A stretch of DNA of 35,506 nucleotides, from assembly GCA_038065415.1 (NCBI GenBank), contig JBBTRA010000005.1, forward strand, positions 74,079 through 109,584. Reading direction: 5' to 3'. Numbering within the stretch: position 1 is the first letter of the stretch; every line of letters starts with the position of its first letter. Positions 25,958 through 33,842 of this stretch are shown piece after piece. Both the position numbers and the translations under genes were made by a program. The notes below the pieces were generated by a model. It did not search any database and was not told where the DNA came from. It saw only the letters and a program-made list of their open reading frames with translations. The DNA comes from Patescibacteria group bacterium (GTDB lineage Bacteria; Patescibacteriota; Minisyncoccia; Phycocordibacterales; PALSA-1337).

Positions 25958-26066
25958 ACACTACAGAATAGCTGCCGACCTATTCCGGATGACATGAAGT
26001 ATCTTTCTGATCGCAAGTCAGAAAAGATGGCCGCAAGCCCATGTTCCGCAACAAGGCATTTGAAAA

Positions 26067-26780
26067 ATGAATAGTATTAACACCGAAGAAGTTGAGCGTT
26101 TGATGCGCGTTGTCTCTGAACCGCTCCGGCATAGCTGGGAAGCGAAAAATAATCACGGAAGTCTTAGGGTCCTTCAAAAATCATGGAACCAGGCCCTCAT
26201 TGATGCGGATCGCTACAGCAAGAAGGAAGATAAATGGGAAACATGGTCTGTCGTGGGAGCCGTTACAGTTCTGATTTCAGCATGGATCTTTGGTTATTTG
26301 ATGAAGGATCAAAGTATGCTCATTAGAGGTCTTTTCCTGGCGGTTATCCTAGGAGCTTGTGGTCTGATTTTTCTACGCGTGAATTATTATGAAAGGAAAA
26401 TCAAAACAGTGTTGCCCTTGATTCAAAATGGTAATACCGTCTTCGGAAGCTTCAAAAAATCAGTCGATGCACTCAATCCACTTGGCACCGGAAACTCGTA
26501 TCACGATGTCGTCACCGATAAAGTGGTACGTGAAAGACTCGTCAGTCTCGCATACAGAACGCTTGATGCTCAGGCTGGGTTTGACAAGTCTCGTCTAATA
26601 CCTGAAGCATGTAGGTACGACATTATCCATTCTGGTCAATGGATCGAAAAGTGCGAGAATTGGTTTGACCAGGTCTGGAATGTTGCGACACAGGATTTTG
26701 CTCTTGTGTTTGATAAAACGAAGATCTTCGAAGATGCAGCTGCTGAACTTGCACGTAGTAATGCGGCTCGCAAAGCTTGA
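26067..26780 (+). CDS. Hypothetical protein with two TM helices (237 aa)
   Basis: Open ORF with its own promoter and terminator (26817-26844). No family recognised. Confidence 0.75.
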   Translation: MNSINTEEVERLMRVVSEPLRHSWEAKNNHGSLRVLQKSWNQALIDADRYSKKEDKWETWSVVGAVTVLISAWIFGYLMKDQSMLIRGLFLAVILGACGLIFLRVNYYERKIKTVLPLIQNGNTVFGSFKKSVDALNPLGTGNSYHDVVTDKVVRERLVSLAYRTLDAQAGFDKSRLIPEACRYDIIHSGQWIEKCENWFDQVWNVATQDFALVFDKTKIFEDAAAELARSNAARKA

Positions 26781-26981
26781 ATATCGTAAACACTTTCGAG
26801 GCTGAATGTAACCTCGAGCCCTGCAGGCAACTGCAGGGCTTTTCCATTCCAAAAAACCACACCACGTGTTCTAATATTTGACCACATTACACCATGCCGC
26901 CAGAGTTCGGAAATGGGCCACTATTCTGATATAGATTTTGACGAGTGGTCAAGAAAATGACGGAACAGGGGAGGTGCTTGC

Positions 26982-27101
26982 GTGAGGCGTATAATTCTCG
27001 GGCGAGACATAACCCCCTCGCAAACTACCATGCTTCACAAGAAGCCAGATCAGCAGGCTCCTGCAGCGCCGCAGCAGCCGCAGACTCCTCCGACTGTATA
27101 G
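26982..27101 (+). CDS. Putative Pro/Gln-rich micro-protein (39 aa from GTG, or 23 aa from the internal ATG at 27030)
   Basis: GGAGGTG 5 nt before the GTG; MRRIILGRDITPSQTTMLHKKPDQQAPAAPQQPQTPPTV; followed by a strong terminator. Confidence 0.4.
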   Translation: MRRIILGRDITPSQTTMLHKKPDQQAPAAPQQPQTPPTV

Positions 27102-27116
27102 TTTGTGAGGAATGAG

Positions 27117-27152
27117 AAAGCTCCTCTGCCACATCGGCAGAGGGGCTTTTTT
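27117..27152 (+). terminator. Intrinsic terminator
   Basis: AAAGCTCCTCTGCC-acatc-GGCAGAGGGGCTTT followed by TTT. Confidence 0.85.
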
Positions 27153-27190
27153 ACACTTGCGGTATGTGGGGATAGGGGTATAATTCGTAT

Positions 27191-27454
27191 ATGCCATTCA
27201 TCTTATTAATCGGAATATTCTTGCCTCGTCTTGTATCGGCACTGCTCTATTTCTTCACGGGCTGGTTCAGTGGGGTATTCAACACCTGGTATTGGCCGGT
27301 GCTCGGATTCATATTCATGCCCTATACCATGCTTTGGTATAGTGTGATTCAGAATTGGTATGCAGGATCATGGGATCTCTGGCATATCGTGGTACTCGTC
27401 ATTGCTGTGGTTGCTGATTTGTCTTCTGGAGCAAAGAGCTCCCGAAGGTCATAA
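27191..27454 (+). CDS. Small Trp-rich membrane protein (87 aa)
   Basis: 'PRL', 'WYWPVLGFIFMPYTMLWY', about three TM helices; TATAAT 6 nt before the ATG; hairpin at 27470-27499. Confidence 0.8.
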   Translation: MPFILLIGIFLPRLVSALLYFFTGWFSGVFNTWYWPVLGFIFMPYTMLWYSVIQNWYAGSWDLWHIVVLVIAVVADLSSGAKSSRRS

Positions 27455-27572
27455 ACATAATTCGAAAACGAAAATGCCCCTCGTGCAAGGGGCATTTTCT
27501 CTATTTGTCTAATCAGTATATCATGCGGGCGTAGAATATGCAAAAAAATCCTAATTACACTACAAAATAGGT

Positions 27573-27601
27573 TTGACATCAAGTAAATAATGTATTATTA
27601 T
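27573..27601 (+). promoter_or_regulatory. Sigma-70 promoter of the ABC exporter
   Basis: TTGACA-17-TATTAT. Confidence 0.75.
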
Positions 27602-27617
27602 ATAGCGAGATACTCAT

Positions 27618-29480
27618 ATGAATAACACATACTCATTCAAGGCCTTTGTCAAACGACTCCTCGGATTGTACCGCCCATTCGGGCGACAATTCACGGTAGT
27701 CTTCATATTCGTCCTCGCCGGAGGGCTGGTGACTGCGACATACCCATTCTTTTATGGGCAGTTGGTCAACATGCTCTCTACTCAACGATACACGTTGTTT
27801 TTCTGGTTCGCGGGTGCCTGGTTCGCGATGCGAGGGGTTAACACCCTCATCGTCATGTTCCGGGAGCACTACGAGCTTCACAAGATAGACTTCAGGTTCC
27901 CCGAGTTCATCGGCCGCATGTCTCTCGAGCATATGTTCAACTTCTCGCTCGGACAACATGTCAGCCAACATTCCGGGATCAAACGCTCTATCCTCAAGGA
28001 TGGAGAAGATTCCATTCACGAGCTTGGCAAGCTGCTCATATACGACATCATTCCTATAATACTCGGTACGGTCATACCCGTGACTATCTTGCTGTGGATC
28101 TCGTGGCCGGTAGGACTTCTTGTCCTCGGTGGACTCGTTACGTATCTGACCTTCCTTGTTAAGATCAACAAACCCTTCGTGCCCAAGTACATACGTTTCA
28201 GGAAACGGGCGCAAGAGTCGAGCAGGGTGACTTCGGATGTACACTCGAACAGAGAACTCGTGATCATCGAGGGGCAAGAGAAGAAAGCTGTGTCCATGGT
28301 CGCAGATGAGCGGAGAGCGGTGAGCGATATTGGTATCAGTCTCTGGCAATGGCATCATCGCGGCTTCTACGCCGGGCAAGGCATCATCCTTCTCTTCAAT
28401 GCGGCAGCGGTATTCCTGACTGGATGGTTCGCCATGAATGGACAGATAGGGTTTGGCCTCTTCGTCTCTCTCGTGTCCTGGATCGGCCAGGCGCTCGGAG
28501 AACTCGGGAGGGTCAGTCGTATCCAACGAGAAGCTGTCAGGCACTATGGATCCATCGTCCGGTACTTCCAAACTCTGGATATCGAGCCGGAAGTTCGTGT
28601 GCCAGAGTCTCCGCTCCTTCTCGCCTCGTACGCCGCGGACATATCGTTCAATGATGTCGTCTTCTCGTACCCTCGCCGGTCAGTGCCGTTATATAAGGCG
28701 GGCATGCTGAATAAGTCAGGCGACGATGAGGAGAAACATGTAGTCTCGGGTCCTGAGGAAAATGGCCAGGCGAAGTTGCCAGCGGTCAATGGAGTCTCGT
28801 TCACTGTGCAAGCCGGCAAGCGTCATGCATTTGTAGGAAAATCAGGTGCATGTAAATCGACGTTGGTATATCTCCTCGTTCGTGCGTGGGATCCACAGGG
28901 CGGATCAATCACTATCCGTGATGTGAACCTCAAGGCACTGGACTTCCGTGAGTTGCGCAGGCATATCGGAATAGTTCCTCAGCAGGTCGAGCTCTTCGAC
29001 ACGACACTCAGGGACAACATACTCTTCGGCATCGATGATCCGTCGAAGGTGTCGGAAGAGGAGTTGCGACGTGCGTGCACGATTGCGCGTGTGGCTGAGT
29101 TTGCTGACAAGCTTGAACACGGTTTGGATACTCAGATCGGTGAAAAGGGAGTCAAACTCTCAGGTGGTCAGCGTCAGCGCATCGGTATTGCACGAGCCCT
29201 CGTCAAAAAGCCAGACATACTGGTATTCGATGAGGCGACGAGCAATCTCGATGCGGAGAATGAGCGGTTGGTACACGATGCAATCGAGGAGGCTTCTCGT
29301 GGAGTCACGACGATATTCATCGCCCACCGCCTCGCTACGGTAGTGAATGCGGACACGATCTTCGTCTTTGAAGAAGGGAAGCTCGTGGGTAGTGGTAAGC
29401 ATGCCGAACTCCTCCAGCAGAACAAAGTCTATCAGAACCTAGTACAAAATCAGCTGATCAGCAATAGATCGATCGAATAG
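27618..29480 (+). CDS. ABC exporter, fused TMD-NBD (MsbA/MdlB-like)
   Basis: N-terminal 6-TM domain; Walker A variant GKSGACKST, Q-loop 'IVPQ', LSGGQRQR, 'LVFDEATSNLD' and 'IAHRL'. Confidence 0.93.
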   Translation: MNNTYSFKAFVKRLLGLYRPFGRQFTVVFIFVLAGGLVTATYPFFYGQLVNMLSTQRYTLFFWFAGAWFAMRGVNTLIVMFREHYELHKIDFRFPEFIGRMSLEHMFNFSLGQHVSQHSGIKRSILKDGEDSIHELGKLLIYDIIPIILGTVIPVTILLWISWPVGLLVLGGLVTYLTFLVKINKPFVPKYIRFRKRAQESSRVTSDVHSNRELVIIEGQEKKAVSMVADERRAVSDIGISLWQWHHRGFYAGQGIILLFNAAAVFLTGWFAMNGQIGFGLFVSLVSWIGQALGELGRVSRIQREAVRHYGSIVRYFQTLDIEPEVRVPESPLLLASYAADISFNDVVFSYPRRSVPLYKAGMLNKSGDDEEKHVVSGPEENGQAKLPAVNGVSFTVQAGKRHAFVGKSGACKSTLVYLLVRAWDPQGGSITIRDVNLKALDFRELRRHIGIVPQQVELFDTTLRDNILFGIDDPSKVSEEELRRACTIARVAEFADKLEHGLDTQIGEKGVKLSGGQRQRIGIARALVKKPDILVFDEATSNLDAENERLVHDAIEEASRGVTTIFIAHRLATVVNADTIFVFEEGKLVGSGKHAELLQQNKVYQNLVQNQLISNRSIE

Positions 29481-29489
29481 ATCGGACGC

Positions 29490-29520
29490 ATCGCACCCTG
29501 ACCTTGGGGTGCGATTTTTT
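29490..29520 (+). terminator. Terminator after the ABC exporter
   Basis: ATCGCACCCTG-acct-TGGGGTGCGAT followed by TTTTT. Confidence 0.8.
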
Positions 29521-29569
29521 GCATCCATATGCACAAAGACCCGCCAGAGCGGGTCGCTGTGCCATAGGG

Positions 29570-29697
29570 TAGGCACTCGTCCATTATAAAGAATCCGAAA
29601 TATATAAGGCGGAATCTAGATCCGGCCCGGAGGCCAAGGATACGTATGTGATTCCTATGAAATTGATTTAAGGATCTTTTGTATAAACGAGAGCCTA
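29570..29697 (-). ncRNA. Putative compact 6S-like RNA
   Basis: Rod fold with closing stem, central AU-rich bubble and terminal stem-loop. Promoter TTGACT-16-CATAAT (29730-29703) places the TSS at the rod 5' end; downstream hairpin at 29531-29562. Confidence 0.6.
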
Positions 29698-29809
29698 TAG
29701 TTATTATGGACTCTTCCTTTTCGAAGTCAATATGTATTTCAGTGAATTTCGGGGGTAAGCTGTAGATAAGCTGGGTATAAGTACGCTTTTTCTGTGGATA
29801 GGTTTTTTT

Positions 29810-32800
29810 CTACAAACTCTTCACTCTTTCCAGCACAAATCCCTTCTCGCCGTTTCGGGTATTCAGGGTAACCTTCACCGCAAGACAAGAGTCCGGGACA
29901 AGGGAATTCTTGAATTCGTTGTATATACGAGGGAATGCAACGGCTTCAACGATGCCACTGAAATCAGCAAGCGTAATGAAGGCCATCGTATCATTCTTCT
30001 TGGTCTGGACGAGGCGTACTTCATTGACGATACAGCCGAATATAGTCTGCCCACCTTCTTTGAGCTCTTCAAGAGCCTTCTTGATAGTCATGCCATTTTT
30101 GGAGATCTGTTCGCGGTAGCGTTCGAGGGGGTGTCCGGAAATATAGAGGCCGAGAAGCTCTTTCTCCCAGGCGAGACGGTCACGAGCGTCGACAGGTGGA
30201 GCAGGGATAAGGCGCAAGCCCGGTACACTCGAGGCATCGGCCATCGCACCAAAAAGGGAATCCTGATCTGCGTGTTGCTTGCTGCTCTCCTTGTTGTACT
30301 CGAGCATGAGGTCGATATTGGCGAGGAGAACACCGCGATCTTCACCGAAGCAATCAAGTGCTCCGGCCTTGATGAGGGATTCGAGGGATTTTTTGTTGAG
30401 ATTTTTGTCCTTCACGCGGTCAAGGAAGTTGATCAGAGAAGTGAATGTTCCTGTTCGAGTGCGTTCGTCAATGATTGCGGTCGAGATGCCTTCGCCGAAA
30501 TTTTTGATGGTCACAAGTCCAAAGCGGATACGGTATGAAGATTCCTCCTTGATGACGGTGAATTGGCTGAAGCTTTCGTTCACATCTGGTGGTAATACCG
30601 GAATACCTATGCGCGTACATTCTGCGATGGTCTCGGCAACTTTCTCGGTATCTCCTTGCTCAGAGGTAAGAACAGCCGATAGATAGATAGCAGGAAAATG
30701 CGCTTTGAGATATGCGGTGATGTAGGCGACGCGACCATATGATACCGAGTGCGCTTTGTTGAATCCGTAGGCTGCGAACGGCTCGATCCACTTCCAGACC
30801 TCTTTTGCCTTCTTCTCAGGCCATTTGCTGTGCTCGATGCACCCTTTGATAAATTTTTCTTTTTGCTGTGCCATCTCTTCGGGAATCTTCTTGCCCACTG
30901 CCTTGCGGAATTTGTCCACTTCGCCCCAGGTATAGCCAGCAATCTTGTGCGCCATCATGAGGAGGTCATCCTGGTAGACGAGAATGCCGTAAGTTTTCTC
31001 AAGGATCTGTTCGAGCATTGGATCGAGATACTTGATGAGCGATCTATCATGTTTCCTGGCGATATAGTCCGGGATGAATCCAATCGGGCCAGGGCGATAG
31101 AGCGCCACCATAGCGTTGATGTCGTGGATGGTGGTCGGTTTGAGATCCTTGAGGAACCTAGTCATACCGTCGCCGTTGAGCTGGAATGTGTCAGCAGTTT
31201 CGCCGCGCGCCAACATTTCGAATGTTGCTGTATCTGTGACGGGTATGTTGTCTGGGTCGATATCGACACCCGCAATCTTTTTTATCTTGTCTACCGTATC
31301 AGCGATGATGGTGAGGTTCTTGAGTCCCAGGAAGTCGAACTTGAGCAAACCCGCCTCTTCGATGGAGTACATGTCGTATTGGGAGATGACCTTACCCTCG
31401 CCCTTGGGGTCGAACTGGAGCGGCGTGAAGTCGGTGAGGGCTGTCGGAGATATGACCACGCCAGCGGCATGGACGCCGATGTGTCGTGCACAGCCTTCAA
31501 TCTTACGTGCCATGTCGACGATACGGCGCGTATCTGCATCGGACATGTAGAGTTCTTTGAGCTCGGGAACTTCGTCGAGCGCACGCTCGATAGTCATGGG
31601 GAATCCCTGTGCGCCCATCGGGATGAGCTTGGAAATGCGGTCACCGACTTCATAGCCAAAGCCCATGGCACGAGCCACATCGCGCACGGATCCGCGAGCA
31701 GCCATAGTTCCGAAGGTTCCGATCTGTGCCACCTTGTCAGCACCGTACTTCTTGCGGACATAGTCGATGACTTCGTCGCGACGGTTATCAGCATAGTCCA
31801 TATCGATATCGGGAGCAGATGGACGGTCAGGATTCAAGAAGCGCTCGAACGGGATTTCATAGACGATAGGGTTAATATTGGTGATACCAGCTAGATATGT
31901 GACCATGGATCCAGAGACTGATCCGCGGATGTTGGAGAGGATACCGTTCTCGCGGGCGAAGCGGAGCATGTCGGCCACTACCAGGAAGTATGGCGAGTAC
32001 CCCTTATCTTTGATCACTTTGAGCTCATATTCGGCGCGTGCGGTAAGTTCGGGAGTCTGTCCGATTCCGCGACGCTCGAATCCTGCGAAGACGATGCGTC
32101 GTAACTCTTCGTCCGGGGTGAGACCGCTCTCTACTTTGAGTGCAGGGAAGACCCACTTGCCGAGCTCGATAGTCAGATTGCACGCATCGACAATCTTGGT
32201 GGTGTTCTCGAGAGCTTCAGGCAGATCGCGGAAGAGCTCTTCTGCGCGTTCGGTGGAAATGAATGAAAAGTCATCTTCGTCACTATCAGATATTTTATCG
32301 GAGGCGTCACTATGAGAATTCACGCGGACGAGGGTTTCGCGGGCGAAGCGGTCCTCTGGTTTCAGATAGTAGACATCATGTGCGGCCATGACGGAGATAT
32401 TCTGGCTCTTGGCAAAATTCAAGAGGGTTTTCATATTTGTCTCATGACCGTCGATCTCGGGATGCCGGGTGATCTCTATGTAGAGACGATCGTCAAAAAC
32501 TTTCTTGTAGAAAGCCGCAACTTCTTTGGCTTTGTCCTGATTTCTGCTATTGAGGGATTGGGCGATTTCACCTGAGAATGACGGGGAGATAGCGATGAGT
32601 CCTTCATTGTGGAGCTCGAGCAACTCACGATCGATGCGGGGCTTGTAGTAAAAACCTTCAAGGTGAGATTTGGTGACAAGCTGAACAAGGTTCTTGTACC
32701 CAGTTTCATTCATGGCAAGAAGTACCAGTCGGCTCCGACGGTTGTCGACGCCCGCTTGCATGTCCTTCCTCGATCGTACTGCCACGAAGAAATCAACCCC

Positions 32801-32992
32801 GATAATCGGTTTTATGCCTTTGGCCTTACATGCTTTGTAGAATTCGATGGCACCGTAGAGGTTACCGTTGTCAGTGAGAGCGAGCGCCTCCATATTGAGT
32901 TTCTTGGCCTCGCCGACGAGGTCGTCTATCTTGGGGAGTGCCGCGAGGAGGGAGTAGTGGGAGTGGGAGTGGAGGTGGGCAAAGCGGGACAT
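29810..32992 (-). CDS. dnaE: DNA polymerase III alpha subunit
   Basis: PHP 'HLHSHSHYS'; 'FERFLNPDRPSAPDIDMD', 'HAAGVVI', 'KFDFLGL' and 'YGFNKAHS'; C-terminal OB fold. Confidence 0.98.
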   Translation of the reverse strand: MSRFAHLHSHSHYSLLAALPKIDDLVGEAKKLNMEALALTDNGNLYGAIEFYKACKAKGIKPIIGVDFFVAVRSRKDMQAGVDNRRSRLVLLAMNETGYKNLVQLVTKSHLEGFYYKPRIDRELLELHNEGLIAISPSFSGEIAQSLNSRNQDKAKEVAAFYKKVFDDRLYIEITRHPEIDGHETNMKTLLNFAKSQNISVMAAHDVYYLKPEDRFARETLVRVNSHSDASDKISDSDEDDFSFISTERAEELFRDLPEALENTTKIVDACNLTIELGKWVFPALKVESGLTPDEELRRIVFAGFERRGIGQTPELTARAEYELKVIKDKGYSPYFLVVADMLRFARENGILSNIRGSVSGSMVTYLAGITNINPIVYEIPFERFLNPDRPSAPDIDMDYADNRRDEVIDYVRKKYGADKVAQIGTFGTMAARGSVRDVARAMGFGYEVGDRISKLIPMGAQGFPMTIERALDEVPELKELYMSDADTRRIVDMARKIEGCARHIGVHAAGVVISPTALTDFTPLQFDPKGEGKVISQYDMYSIEEAGLLKFDFLGLKNLTIIADTVDKIKKIAGVDIDPDNIPVTDTATFEMLARGETADTFQLNGDGMTRFLKDLKPTTIHDINAMVALYRPGPIGFIPDYIARKHDRSLIKYLDPMLEQILEKTYGILVYQDDLLMMAHKIAGYTWGEVDKFRKAVGKKIPEEMAQQKEKFIKGCIEHSKWPEKKAKEVWKWIEPFAAYGFNKAHSVSYGRVAYITAYLKAHFPAIYLSAVLTSEQGDTEKVAETIAECTRIGIPVLPPDVNESFSQFTVIKEESSYRIRFGLVTIKNFGEGISTAIIDERTRTGTFTSLINFLDRVKDKNLNKKSLESLIKAGALDCFGEDRGVLLANIDLMLEYNKESSKQHADQDSLFGAMADASSVPGLRLIPAPPVDARDRLAWEKELLGLYISGHPLERYREQISKNGMTIKKALEELKEGGQTIFGCIVNEVRLVQTKKNDTMAFITLADFSGIVEAVAFPRIYNEFKNSLVPDSCLAVKVTLNTRNGEKGFVLERVKSL

Positions 32993-33111
32993 GGACCTAG
33001 TTTACAGTTTACGCGGCGAAATGAAAAGTTTGACGCGAGGCTTCTTTGGGCGTATAAATAGCCCAGAAAAACAAGGATCCCGCGACTGGTTCGCGAGGTC
33101 AGAAAGGCACC

Positions 33112-33729
33112 ATGTCAAAGGTAGCGTTCAAAGAGAATCCCATTATCGAGCTTGAACGGAGGATGTTCAGAGCGAATCTCATGATGGATGTAGCTGTTCC
33201 CCAAAAAGATCCCGATTTCGTGTTGATGCCGTCAGAACGGCCGCCTGGTTGGATTGCATATCAGGATCGCGTCGCATTCATCATTCGCGATCAGCGAGGC
33301 GGTTTGAGGATTCGCACGGGACATATCGCGAGTACGGCCGGTACGAGTCATGCGGGCGTCGACAATGTTTCGAAGACAATTGTATGGTGTGACCAGCGAC
33401 TCAATGATCTCGCTGATAATGCCGATGATGCGCACGAAGAGTGCTTCGATCCGAAGGATCCGCGCCTGATACGGCTTGATGAGGTCAAAGCCCTGCGCTA
33501 CCTCAATCGAATCACTGCTTGGTTTCAAGGGGTATATTCTTCCGAAGAGATTCAGCGCCTCAGCGAACTCTTTCTCACGTTCGACTTTGGTCGCCAGCAG
33601 GAGCTTGAAGAAGAAGCTGAGGCATGGCGTCTTGGGATGGAAGCTGCCCGGAAGAAGCTCGGTTGGTACGGTGAGGATGGCCAGTTCCATCCACCTGTCA
33701 ACGATAGCTCAACTATCGTTGTGGCATGA
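33112..33729 (+). CDS. Hypothetical protein (orphan, 205 aa)
   Basis: TTGACG(33030)-17-TATAAA promoter, GAAAGG SD-like site, terminator at 33743-33773. Confidence 0.7.
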   Translation: MSKVAFKENPIIELERRMFRANLMMDVAVPQKDPDFVLMPSERPPGWIAYQDRVAFIIRDQRGGLRIRTGHIASTAGTSHAGVDNVSKTIVWCDQRLNDLADNADDAHEECFDPKDPRLIRLDEVKALRYLNRITAWFQGVYSSEEIQRLSELFLTFDFGRQQELEEEAEAWRLGMEAARKKLGWYGEDGQFHPPVNDSSTIVVA

Positions 33730-33842
33730 GTCCGACGTACATATGCTCGACGCTTCTTGTGTCGGGCATTTTTAATATAATACAACAGGGCATAGCGGCT
33801 CAGCCCCATTGTGTTCTTTTGATTTTCTGCCAGAATTGAGTA

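Noticed and set aside
25986-26048. Hammerhead ribozyme as the identity of the three-way junction
   Set aside because: The conserved CUGANGA / GAAA / UH core is not present in the junction strands.
26957-27115. Alternative 52-aa frame ending AAAAADSSDCIVCEE as a RiPP precursor
   Set aside because: No SD or -10 fits this ATG and there are no modifying enzymes nearby; the SD-supported frame is preferred, though not proven.
27633-28571. 312-aa minus-strand ORF
   Set aside because: Antisense shadow of the ABC exporter TM domain.
29570-29697. SRP (4.5S) RNA as the identity of the rod RNA
   Set aside because: The domain IV signature (CAGG..GNRA..AGCAG) is absent on both strands; the AU-rich central bubble fits 6S better.
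30749-31894. 381-aa plus-strand ORF
   Set aside because: Entirely antisense to dnaE, with no motifs; a codon-bias shadow.
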